NCBI GenBank assembly: GCA_963924565.1
Contig: OZ004609.1
Span: 38,874,001-38,938,000, forward strand
Direction: 5' to 3'
Length of the DNA stretch: 64,000 nt
Source of the DNA: Ascidiella aspersa
Lineage: Eukaryota
Shown here one piece after another: positions 1 to 12,030 of the stretch. The notes beneath the pieces are model-generated. The model had not been told where the DNA came from, did no database searches, and saw only the letters and a program-made list of their open reading frames with translations. Made by a program: the position numbers and the translations under genes. Positions within the stretch are counted from its first letter, which is position 1. Each line of letters starts with the position of its first letter.

Positions 1-1194
1 AACTAAACATTCTGCTTCTTATTTAAATTCTACCATTTCTGAAGCATGGATATTTGGATATTCTACTTGTATTGCACTCGTGAATTTACATTTTCTCTTA
101 GAAGTAAATTTAAGATCTTAACAAACTACGGTCGATCTTTTAATGAGATTCTGTTTTTTATAGCATTTCGGCTAATAAACAGCAGCTTGGCCAGATAAAA
201 CAATTGTGTGTAGCTAAAATTAGACTTTAAACAACTGCAAACAAGTGCGTTTCCACAGTAGGTATAGCGGTAGCCAAATGATGTTTACCTGCAACTCCAT
301 ATTTACTTTTTATAATCTTGCTTGTTTAGGGTTGGCCAACATTTACCTTGCAGTACAAAAATTAAACAAATGCTAGGTAGAAGTTTCTAACTGAGCCTAA
401 TAGAACAGAACGCAATACACAAAAACTCTTCAAAAGCGAAAACAAAATGATTAGAAAGCCATAAACTTGGTAGTATGTGACGTAACAATGAACAGTATTA
501 GCACTTCGCAAGTTACTCTCTGTGAGTATTTGAGTTTTTTATTCACCAGTACAAAATTTCAACAAATTTTGCTATTAACAAATATTGATTTGACTTGCGC
601 GAGTGCGTGCTTACGTCACACCATGTTTTCCTCGAATCAGAGCGGGTAACTTAATCACGTGATTAATGCGTTAGCATAAAGTTTTTGTGGAATCATCTCC
701 TCACAAAACGAAAATACTAGCCATGAAATCAACAGGAATATTCTACACGACATAAAAAATAATGTGTGATAACTCAATGTTGTCCCTTTAAATATCAATT
801 TACCTTAAAGTTTAGTCATAATTTATACAGAATTAGTCAATATTTTGCCCCTTGTGAACCTCAAACCCCCCCCAGTTTAAGAACCACTGATCTAGATACT
901 TGCCTGCGTATACACAAAAAATGCTTGCAAAAAAAAGAGGTTCACACTGATGACCCCCCTCCCCCCCCCATCTTAAAGTTTTCCTTCTTTTTTTTCATCT
1001 TAAACTTTTGCGACCCACAACGAATATAAATGACGCCATTATGACGTATTAGGCGCGATATTTTTCCACGTACGATTTTTGTAACTAAGTTTTGTGAGAA
1101 AAAACGTTGCATTGGATTTTGTTTTATTTCCTCCCAGATTTGCTTGATGGTGATTCAAGTGAGTCGCCGATATTAAGCAGCCTTGGCTCGACAA

Positions 1195-1345
1195 GGAAGT
1201 GGCTGCTTTCCAATCAGCTGCCGATCCATTTCCATCTGAACCCCTCGTCGATTGTCCCCCACCCGGGTTTATGACGTCACACTACTTGCAATCAGCGGAT
1301 ATGACGTCACAATGCGCTGTGTGTGAAGCAACAGGGAAGTGCTTT
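1195..1345 (+). promoter_or_regulatory. CpG-containing promoter/enhancer-like segment with CCAAT/CAAT boxes, two full CRE sites and Ets-like GGAAGT
   Basis: TGACGTCA at 1272 and 1302; ccaatcag at ~1209; caatcag at ~1288; ggaagt at ~1195 and ~1335; lies about 0.9 kb upstream of the lectin ORF. Confidence 0.4.
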
Positions 1346-2224
1346 CCCTGGAGTTTGGATCGAACCTCGTTCTGCCAAGTTTGTGAAAAGTTGTGTTTGT
1401 AGATTTGCTTGAAAGAGGCAGAGTTGAAAAAAACTTAAATTTTTAATCGAGCTTTCGGTTTTGCGAGCACTGAGAAAAATTAAGTTAAAAAAACCGACAA
1501 ATTTCTCTGTTTTTCAACATATATTCTCTGTTTTGTGTTTTTTGTTAAGTTTTGGCAATAACTGGTGACATCATCAGTGTACAACGAAGTAAAGATAAAA
1601 GTTATAAAACCGATAAAGCAAAATTGACAATTTTGAACAACAAAACCGTTGGTTCGAAATATTGTTAAAAAAACTTTTTTTAAATGAACACTCCGTTTAT
1701 TGAATTTAAAAACAAATATCATTACTGATTGATTATTTTTTTTTTTCAGTAGTTAAATATTGAACTAAAATTGCGTAACATTCAACGTATAAGGTACTTT
1801 ATAAACTTAAGCGCTATTTGCTATAGCAGGAAAACTCTATTTTCCATTTATTTGCAAACTTTTGTGTTGTAGGATGTCAATTGTAAGTTGCAAATAAAAG
1901 TACCTTTTTCTCACTATCCACCAATATCCTATTAGTAACTGATTATTAAAAGCTTTTTCTCCATTGAAATAAACATTTTATCGAATTCCCCAGTGTGAAT
2001 AACAAATAGCGAAGTATGAAAAAATATATATAGCTTATGTATATAATAGGCTATATATAAAAAAATGTGTGTAAGAAGTGGCTCTTTGCGGTTAAAATCA
2101 AAAGTCCGTTACATTGTTTTAACAAAGTAAAACTTTTTTTGCCCAGGGTAGTCATTTATTGATAAAGTCTTAATATTAAATAGAAACGTCACCAAATTAG
2201 TATTCATTGAATCTAGCTGCCACA

Positions 2225-3186
2225 TCGAAAGCCTTAATAATAGTTTTTTTGTGGTGGCATTCAATATGGTTGAAAGATGTTTGAAAGTGATAAACACCGA
2301 TCTTGGAACTTGGTATTACCATAGAAGCCAGCTGGACGCTACTTCGGCTGACCAGCACTGCATTGACGAGCATGGAGCAAGACTCGCAATACTCGACACC
2401 AGGGAAAAGTACAACGAGGCGAAGAATAATGTGCCTCGCGATAGCGGGGGATGCCCAGCACAAACCTGGTACACAATTGGCATGATTGCATATAACGAAT
2501 GGAGCATTAGTTGGGTGGACAACACGAGTGTTACCAGCAAGGCTATTCCAGGCAAATTTGGATTTTCATACTTGGTAAGCGGGCGTCTAAACTATGGCAG
2601 AATAGACACAAACGGGTACATCGTATTCGTCCCCGCAACAGGAAAACAGCCATTCCTTTGTTTTAAACCTTATACACAAATAAACACAACAACAAGAACG
2701 ACAACAACAAAAGCAACGACCAGAGGAACAACAACAAAAGCATTACCGGCGACAAAAACAATCAGACTATTGCAAACAACAAAAACAACCACAACCACAG
2801 CAACAGCAACAGCAAGTTTACCTTCTTCAGGTTTGAGCAACTTGTCCCTGATATTGGCTCCGACCGCCGCCATCTTTGCTTTAGCCTTCCTCGCATTGCT
2901 TGTTTACATTGTGATCAAGAAGCGCAATCGACGGGAAATGAGGGCGAGGTTTCCCGCAGAAGTTGGTGACTTGCCGCTAGAGCAAGTGCCGGTGTACGAG
3001 CAAGTGGCTGACCGCCCAATATACGCCAACGCGCCTTGCACGAGTGATCCAATGTACCACAACGTGTTCACAGGCGAAGTACAACAACCGCCTGAAGATG
3101 GTTACTGCGCAGTCGGCCAACGTCAAAGTTCGGCAGAAGCATCTTCCTCGCAAACGGACGGTGGTGGTGGGAATAGACAGGATTAA
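2225..3186 (+). CDS. Intronless type I membrane protein: divergent C-type lectin-like domain, Thr-rich mucin stalk, TM helix, tyrosine-motif cytoplasmic tail; 5' end (start/signal peptide) uncertain or disrupted
   Basis: ORF 2251-3186. CTLD-like pattern 'WYY..SQLDATSADQHCIDEHGARLAILDTREKY', 'WYTIGM', 'ISWVDNT', 'KQPFLCFK'; T-rich stalk; hydrophobic 'ILAPTAAIFALAFLALLVYIVI' followed by KKRNRR; tail with YEQV, YANA, YHNV, YCAV. Confidence 0.75.
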
Positions 3187-4312
3187 TGTTCAGCGAGCAG
3201 ATCGCAAATACTAAGCCAATTTTTAGCTTCGGCCTTATTTTGATTTCAATGTACATAATCTATTTAAAAACGAAATTATTAATGTAGCTCTGATTGTTTG
3301 CCATTAATCACAAAGTTGAGCCTACACCAAAGAGATTGAACACCATGCTACACTAAACTCGAAAAAATAATCTGATGTTAAATCGAGGAATTACCCAAAG
3401 GGGACTTTTTTGCTTATTGTTGGTTGGCCAAGCATTTATTTTTATTCTCCCTAATTTATTTCTCCACTACAATTTCAGCGACGAAGTTTCGTTACTGCAC
3501 CCAAAAAAATGTAGCAAGTTTTTGCAAGCGAGTGCCTAACATTGTACTTTAGGAATTTTGTTTTATCATGGAAAACCGTTTTGAAACGCAAAATTTAATA
3601 TTTAAGGTAAAAAGGCAAATATAACACCGTTACTACGGGCGCCTTCACACCATCCCACTCTGTTTAGTGTTTTCGTGGCTTTTTGTGCTCTTAAATTGTC
3701 ATGCGTACTGGTTATGCAAGCTGGCCTTTTATGTAGCCAATGTACTTTTTTGTAAATTAGCATTTTGTGCATTCCTTTGTGAAACGTGTAATTGTTTAGC
3801 CGAATTATTTTTCACGTATGCCGACAAAATAGTAACCACCATTTGGCCAAAGTATGCCAAATAAGGGCCGTTTTAAACTGACAAAAATGCTCCAGTAAAA
3901 AGCTGTGAAATTGTTGTTATGCCACATTTGCATTCTGCGGCGGTTGGTGCATTTACATGTAAGTTGACGCGGATATGGCCACCAACCCCGCCCCTTTGCC
4001 CTAATGCTAATTATTCAGCTGGTGTTAATTGTGTTGGCAACTGGGTACTGAAGCAACCGTCAAAATATTATCCTCAAATGCAAAGTATTTGTCTAATTAT
4101 TTTGTTTGACTTTTTATGTCCAGAAAAGTTGTGAAAATAGTTGGCAGATCACACCTGACAAAGCAGCTTGGCTTTAAATCTACTTGTACTGCGTTTGCAT
4201 GTATTTGTAATTCGTCAAACTGGATATGTGTAGTTGTCGGCATGTTCAAGTAATTGTAAATATACCTTACAGCATTATTCTTGTGTTATTACGCACAGTC
4301 TTAGGTTTATCA

Positions 4313-4887
4313 CAGTGTTTCTTAACCTTTTTCACTTGGGGCGCACCTAGAGACCTATGAAAATGTAGCGGCACACCTTGCGAGCGAAGCAAAAACAAAA
4401 AAAAACAAACCAAAAAAAACCTTGCGAGCGAAACGAGTGCGAAATTTTTCAGTTGTAGCAGTATTTTTCCTAAATTGCCTGCAAAGGGACTCCGGATTTT
4501 AAGACTAAAAACGTTATTTTGTCATTTAAGTCTTTATCCGATTAATTTTGAATTTATTTCGACATGTTTAGGTCTTATCTGGACTATTTTAGATCTTATT
4601 CTATCGTGGTTATTACTACGAATTTGGCGTTATTATGTCAGTGGTCTTAATAGGCCTACTTATGGTAGCCTATTATAGATTAATTATCTGATTTAGATAT
4701 TGTTGCTTTGTAGTGTTATTGCGTTTTCTACTTGAAAGGCTTCTGGAATCAATGAGCTAAGCTTAACAGGAACGTAAAAAATATATGTTTTATATAATAG
4801 GACCTATGAATCGTTTTTTCTCGCGGCGCACCTGGCAGCCTTCCATGGCGCACCAGTGCGCCGCGGCGCTACGGTTGAGAAACGCTG
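4313..4887. mobile_element. Non-autonomous hAT (Charlie-like) MITE
   Basis: Termini cagtgtttcttaacc / ggttgagaaacgctg; subterminal ggcgcacc repeats; degenerate 8-bp TSD (gtttatca / gtttaatg). Confidence 0.7.
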
Positions 4888-5568
4888 GTTTAATGCACGA
4901 AACAATTATGGTGGAATATTAAACTATATAGCGTTATCCCAATATTAACATTAGGGTAGCCAAAGCTCTAATTTCAGTTACACTGTTAAAAAAAATGTGA
5001 GAATATCACTAGCAACAGCTTTTTAAAGATAGATGAATAGATTTCTTATTTTTGAACCGCAATAACTAGAACACAGTACAAAGTTTACAAAGAAAATGAC
5101 AGTTGTTTGTTCCAAAATGCAGCGAAATATCGTGAGGTATATAGAGTCAACTGCACCAGTTTGCAATTTGAAGATAATATTTGTGTTGAGGCAAAATGAA
5201 TTCCATTAAGTAACTGACTGTTAGGTTTCTTTTGAAAGTAAAAAAAAAGTTTGAACCTGTTTGAAGATTCCTGGCACGTTTAAGTGACATTATATAATTC
5301 CTCGAATAATTATTGGAACATTTGCTGAGTGATTATTTGGTCATTTTATGCCAAGGATTAATTGGTATAAAAGTTCGCATTTATTTGTTTTACTTTTTCT
5401 TAAATTTGAAACTAAATCAACCATTGAAAACAATCTTCAGATATATTACCTTACACTACAAATCCGAGTGATGATTGCAAAACCTTACCAATGTTCCTTT
5501 CTAATATTGTGTTTGAAAAATTAACAATCAGTAGAAATCGGTAAACATGAGTATAATTTATGGGACAG

Positions 5569-7070
5569 GTTTGACTAAACAACTTTCCGAACAACAACAT
5601 GTAAACTTAACAAGACATGAATCCTGTGGAAACAAGATATTACCACTGAAAGAACAAAATAAGGTAAATAATAATTAAAATGTTTGACTAAAAACAACAC
5701 ACTACATTTGCACAGTGTTGTATTAGCTGAAGTAGTCACAGCTTTAAGATGACTTAATTAAGATTATTTAGTTAAATTGGGCATCAAACATATTAAAAGT
5801 TTATTTACAATACTCTGTTTAGTTTAACATTATATTGATGTCAAATTTTCAAATCATGCAAATCCAACATTGCTATATTTTTGATCTAATAAGCTGACCG
5901 TAGTATAAGTAGGTTTTAAACTGCCTATATAAAATACTTTCAATTGTTTAATATTTGCCATATTAAGCCTATTTAGAGTGGTTTAAACTTTATTCTTGTA
6001 TAGCCTTTCAAATAGTACGTTAGACTTACAGTGCCAACCATAGAAATTTCAAATTTTGCGTTTCTTGCAAAACAGTGTTTTACTGAAGGTAAATTTAAAT
6101 CAAAATATTTTTACTTTTTAACTTAATATTTTTTTTTGCTAATACTGTCATCTCTGGAATTATTTTTAGGTAATATCATTTAAACCAATAATTTTGGTTA
6201 ATTAAACTACAAATTAAACAAATTATGTTTGGAGTTTTCTTGTTTTCCAAATATTTACAAAAAAGTCAGTTATTAAAAACTATGTGCGTTTAAATATTTT
6301 AAATAGAAACTAACCATAAACTACGCAATACTCTTAAAACCAATATTTAAATATACAACAATCGCCCCCCGGTCCAGTTTACTCCGTGCTTTGCACTAAG
6401 GGTAATAATTGAATTAAAAATTTGTAAACAACTGTTTATGAAAAATGTACCGCAACTTTTTTTGAAATTAAGTACGTTTGGTAGTTTTGGTCAAAATACT
6501 TTAATGAGCTGTTTTCTTGTTCGGTCAGAAGCTGAGATTGAACGGACAACACTGTTATAGTGATCCGTTGCACATAATATATTTTTATAATTTAATTACA
6601 TTTCATCATTCTTAAAATTGCAGCTGATTTGGGTAAAATTGTCGGCTGTGTCAATAATTGAACTATTTATAACACCATGATAATTGTTTCATAAGCATAC
6701 AACACATAATGTGCAGCTAGGAGTAGATTTAAGTAAATTTGTACAAAATACATTTCCTGAAAAAAAGCTTTAATTCCAGGTTTTCCAGAAACGAACCGAT
6801 GGTTCAGTATGTTTTTATCGATACTTTGACCATTATGTAGACGACTTCGGTGACAAGAACAATGAATATTGGCTTGGTGAGTAAAATTACAATTCAATAT
6901 TTTTTTGAATTTAAACGAAAATGACATTTAAGGCGTTATCTTGCTAATGTTTTAAAGTAACTTGTTTCAAAAGGTCTTGAAAACCTTTCCCAACTACTTT
7001 CACAAGCAGAGTTCGAACTTCGTGTCAACATGTCAGATTTTGAAGGAGAATCAAGATACGCCAAGTATAG
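5569..7070 (+). pseudogene. Partial duplicate of the FReD gene: open copies of exons 3 and 4 (6780-6876, 6974-7070) plus a candidate upstream exon (5569-5663); no own C-terminal exons
   Basis: VFQKRTDGSVCFYRYFDHYVDDFGDKNNEYWL and GLENLSQLLSQAEFELRVNMSDFEGESRYAKY closely match 8560-8656 and 8739-8835; splice sites and frames are intact. Confidence 0.7.
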
Positions 7071-7872
7071 GTGAATTGTTTGGGTTGCTGTATTTTTGTG
7101 ATTGAAATCGTAGAAGTGCAATTCAAAATAGATTGTTTAACGAATTAAAAAACAGACATCACTCTTCATCAAGTCAACAAAACAGACCAACTCCAAAAAA
7201 GGGGGGGGTACCAAAATTTTAACTTAGAGAATGCCCCTATTTTCTGTCTGACGTTATTACGTAAAGACGTCTTAGATGTCACTGTTTTATAAAAAAAGGA
7301 TACTATTTGAGTTTGTCTAATGTGTACTGCATATCAAAATAATGAATGCATTATTAATTTGCCACAAAAATTCAAAGAAAAGACTACAATTTCTGATAAT
7401 TGAATTAAAATCATAAGAAAAATAAACACAATAAGGTTAAATGAGAAGTTTGAAAGGAATATACGGGACTGTTTGCTGATATTGTGAATTGTGAGTAACT
7501 ACAATTATTTCATCCATTTTAAGGAATAGTTGAACATTATTTGATCCAGAAATAGTTGTTGGAACCTGTGTTTGAATTTTATTAAAAAGTAGCTATTAAA
7601 CACATTCAAATCAAAAGCTTATTTTAAGAATATCTCAACAAAGCTAATATTTACTTGAATTAACAAACAATGCTTTTCATTGCATTCACATATTACCATC
7701 TATTTTGGACAAAACCTTAAGAAATATTTGCAAACTTGGCCACACCAACTTACAGTGAATTAGAAATATGGGAAGAGTCAATATTTAACTTCAAAATACA
7801 AAGGGCTACATATGACTTTCACAAAAGTTTCTGAACAGGAGTTATTTTGAAGTGAGCAGAGCAGTCACAGAA

Positions 7873-9715
7873 ATGTTGGTCTTTAAACTTTCTACAAGTT
7901 TGTTTTTTCTTGGTTTAGTTTGTGAGATTTCTTCGGTTTGGTTGCAATGTGAAGTCCCCGGCAACCAACCGACCAATCCCGGTGTGAGTTTGCCTGACAA
8001 CATCAACAAAACTTTCTGTCCTTGTCCCGATGTTAAACAACTTCAACAAGAGCTGGATGACCTTCAAACTAAACATGATGACCTTCAAATTGAACAAGAT
8101 GACCTCCAACAAGAGTTAGAGAATCTAAAAACTCAATGCAACCAAGAGTCAGGTGAACAAATAACATTTTTTTTAAATTTAATTCTACAATGTAGTGTAT
8201 AAATGCTATAAGCTGGTAATAGTTATACTATTTGTTATGCTTGTCTAAATTTCTTCCCTATTTTTTTGACAAAGAGCGATTGAAAAACACAAGTTGCGAA
8301 GATGTTTGGAAAAGCGGAGAAACAAGTGACGGAGTTTACACAATTTATCCTTTCTCCAATCGAAGCAAATCATTAAACGTTTTTTGTGATTTAAACACTG
8401 ATGACAAACCTGGATGGATTGTAAGTTTATCCAAGATAAATATAAACCTTTTTTTTCTAAAAAATATAAAAATGGGCCATTTAGATTATTTGTGTCAATA
8501 GCTAAGTATGTTATTTTAAAAACAGGTATTGGCTTACAAAGTATAATTAAATATTCCAGGTGTTCCAGAAACGAACCGATGGTTCAGAGGAATTTTATCG
8601 ATACTGGAACGATTATGTGAACGGCTTCGGTGACAAGAATAATGAATATTGGCTTGGTCAGTTAAAATTAAACTAGTTTAGTTGTGATTAAAAAAGTTGG
8701 AAATTGTAGGTTTTTATATCAGTGACTTGTTTTAAAAGGTCTTGAAAACCTTCACCAACTACTTTCACAAGGAGAGTTCGAACTTCGTGTCGACATGTCA
8801 GATTTTGAAGGTCAATCGAGATACGCCAAGTACAGGTGAATTAACGCAACATTTGGTAAAATATATTCACTTGTGTGATAAATTGGTGTTTTAGTTCATT
8901 CAGAGTGGACGGAGGGAGTGGTTACAGAATGAACGTGTCAGGTTATTACGGCAATGCAGGTTGGTTTAGACTTAGAGTTAAAATTGTAAAAACTACACCT
9001 ACAGGCAAATTTGCTTTTTAAGTTTTATTAAAGCCAATATATTCGCTTCCAGAACAGAAAACCCAACTTTTTACTATTTTACTTTGTAGTGCTGGTCTAT
9101 AAAAACATGTTTAAGTAAAAATCTGAAGCAGAACCACCAAAACATTTGACTATGTGAACCACTTTCAATTGACTTAAACTTTAAAATTTTCATTTTGTTT
9201 ACTTCTTCACTTATTTGTAAAGTAACTGTTTACTCCCTCCATGAAATAAAATTTACAATAATCATTTAATAAGACTCTAAATAATCTCTATATCTAGGTC
9301 AGCAAAACCCAGTTAAACCACATTGTGTATCTTCAATTGCAGTTGCTTAAGTAAAAATGTTTTACATTGCTGGGAGATATTAAGAAACTTATCAAACTCG
9401 TCAATAGGTCAAAATCTTAAAATACTGCAAAAATAATATTAGGCCCTTTTTTCGCACACAGGTGACAGCCTGACCTACCACAACGGAATGAAGTTCTCAA
9501 CAAGAGATAAAGAACAAGACGAAGCTAGCAATGGAGATTGTGCCGAGAAATACAAAGGGGCTTGGTGGTATAAAGGTTGCCACCAAACCAACCCTAATGG
9601 CTTGTATCTCAGTGGGCCACATGATTCATATGCAGATGGTGTTGTGTGGAAAACATGGCTCGGCCATCATTACTCAGTAAAGTCAATAGAGTTTAAAGTT
9701 AGACAAAAATATTAA
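7873..9715 (+). CDS. Secreted fibrinogen-related domain protein (ficolin/FIBCD1/tachylectin-like) with signal peptide and short coiled coil; 6 exons
   Basis: Exons 7873-8152, 8275-8420, 8560-8656, 8739-8835, 8895-8959, 9462-9715, all GT-AG and phase-compatible. FBG motifs SCEDV..DGVYTIYP, VFCD..GWIVFQKRTDGS, EYWLGLENLH, GNAGDSL.YHNGMKFSTRD, GAWWYKGCH, GVVWKTW. AATAAA at 9926. Confidence 0.93.
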
Positions 9716-10672
9716 ATGAACAAAATAAGACCAATAATACACCAGTAGTGACTATAATTTTCCTATTTGGTAATACGATCATCTTTGCTGACTTCAGTTT
9801 TGTTGTTGTTTATATAATTATACATATTAATCCTTCACCAATTGTATTTATAATTCTGCAGTTGTTTAATGCCTTCATTGATTTAAATGGTGTAGTTGTG
9901 GAATATGTGCGCTAAACACAAATATAATAAACGTGCTGAGCAATCACATGTGTCTTGCAAACTTTGAAAAATGAAAAACCTTAAACCTTAAAAATCAATT
10001 TGCATTTGACCAATACCTATACAATAAGCCTTGATTAAACCTTTTCTGATAGCGAATGTAGCCATATTAAAAGCAATAAATCATTCCAGCTATATCCCAG
10101 GTAGCATCAGAAAGTTGCCATAAGTGAAATTTGAAGCGTAACATTGGTTTGTTACGATGATTATCTGTTGAATCCTCATTGTCTTATACTTGCCAAGCAA
10201 TCAATCACACTAGATCAGTGGTACTTAACTGTAACACACAATGTCAAAATATGAGTTAGCTTGACATTTAACTTAGTATTAAAATAAATTACAGTAATAC
10301 ATTTTGTGTGTTTGATTCAGCATCCCCGCAGCCCCTTGGAACAGTTTTCGCACTCCTTGGGGGTGTAAGCACCCCTGTTTAATAAAACCTGCTTGAGATG
10401 GTGAAATAGCATCTATCAAGAGCAAATGATAGAATAAGGAATAAATCATGGAAATTGTTTGCCCTGTTCGAATGAGAACCTATGAAGCACTTTCTTGAAT
10501 TTTAACTTTTCCAGCTAGATTAAATATCTATGTTATTTATAGCCACACTACAAATATTAATAATGTATATTTTTGATTTAGGTTTTATAAAATTTAATCC
10601 CTATATGATGTACACAGTGTAGAGCGCACGACTATAATTTACCGACTAAGAGATTGTGTTTACAGTAAATTT

Positions 10673-11035
10673 TGTGATGTATTGCTTATGCCACAGATTT
10701 ATTGCCTACTCGCTCCAAAGTGCAAGGTAGTTACTGGCTTGCATTATCTCTGTGCTGTCAGCACAGGGATTTGTGTACTTAAGACCGCTATCTGCTTGTA
10801 AGAAAATACGTCTTCTCAGTTATCGTCTTGTTGTTCGTAACTTTGATATTGCAAGTAGCATCTCCTATATGATAACTTGTCCGCCTTCTATAGTATCAAC
10901 TGGGTGTTTCGCTTATCAGATAATACAATTAATAATCACCAGAAGCATTGTGGTTGGCTAACGAGTTATACGCACGCAACCTTAAAACGAGAGTCAGAAA
11001 CTTCAACTACTAAACTCGTGTCCCACAACAGCACA
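10673..11035. mobile_element. Possible solo LTR
   Basis: Segment of higher GC bounded by tgtgatgt...acagcaca (TG...CA, 7/8 inverted termini); no clean TSD. Confidence 0.25.
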
Positions 11036-11175
11036 TAATTGACTAAACATGTTTTAAAACATAATCTAATGCTTTCACACTCACAAACGCTTTGGAATTC
11101 AAACAGGTGGCAATTTTATGGCCAATTGTGTAGGCTATACTGTCTATATTTCACCAGGGAAACATTAAGCATCGT

Positions 11176-11373
11176 CAGGGGCGTAGCCAGGGTATTTTGC
11201 GCCCCCTACTCCAGGTTTAATCATATTTTTTATTACATTAACATAATATACCTCACTTTATAAGGGGAAAACAATTCAAATTTAATAGATTATTGCATTT
11301 AAAGAAGAAGCAAAAGTATTTTGGCATTTGTAAGCCTCATTTTGACGCCCTTGTACCTTTGGCGCCGCCACTG
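11176..11373. mobile_element. Degenerate MITE
   Basis: Termini caggggcgtagccag / ggcgccgccactg with internal gcgcccc subrepeats. Confidence 0.45.
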
Positions 11374-11880
11374 ACCACCGTGCTATCTATTCTCAACTCC
11401 ACTAAATGGAAACTGAACAAGTCGCCGTTTCACTTTAAAGTGCATTTTGCCAGGTCGCTATAGATTTATTGTACAATAAAAATATAAGCGTCTTCACATT
11501 GTGTTAAATCAAATAAGTATTCGCTCAGAACATTCTATTATAAATACACAAACTTGCAGCAAGTTTATTTAACGCATAAAACATCTGCACATTGCAAGCA
11601 CCCAACGTAACTGTAATATTGCACAAAATTTAACAAAGAATCCCCTTTAAGTTGAAATCAAATAAATATCTCTTTAAATTGTTTCTTAACAAATAAATAA
11701 ACTATGACTAAACATTTGAAAGAAAGAATAACTGTTTCGTCACAGTGGTAGCTTTGTTAAAATATTTAAATATATACTTATTGCGACCGAATTTTCAGCA
11801 TTCTAAAACAAAGTGTTTGAAATCGTTTTTTTGCGAAATATTTATGTTTTTTGTTAAAAATAGCGAAAGTACCGTTTAAG

Positions 11881-12030
11881 TTATAATCCAGCGGCACATT
11901 TCAAACTAAAAGCGTGAATAAAAATAAGATAAATGGCGACGAGCGCTTTTGTTGATAATGGACGGAAGTGACGTCGCATCGGGGTTCGAGAACAAATTCG
12001 ACTCAAGATTCCAGACTTGGAACGCGAGAT
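11881..12030 (-). CDS. GOLGB1: GOLGB1 terminal exon encoding the basic juxtamembrane region and tail anchor
   Basis: ttgcag|ISRSKSGILSRICSRTPMRRHFRPLSTKALVAIYLIFIHAFSLKCAAGL*; minus-strand AATAAA at ~11564 and 11465-11470. Confidence 0.85.
   Translation of the reverse strand: MSRSKSGILSRICSRTPMRRHFRPLSTKALVAIYLIFIHAFSLKCAAGL

Noticed and set aside
1-2150. Short ORFs at 467-1722
   Set aside because: Low-complexity AT-rich translations with no domain or splice support.
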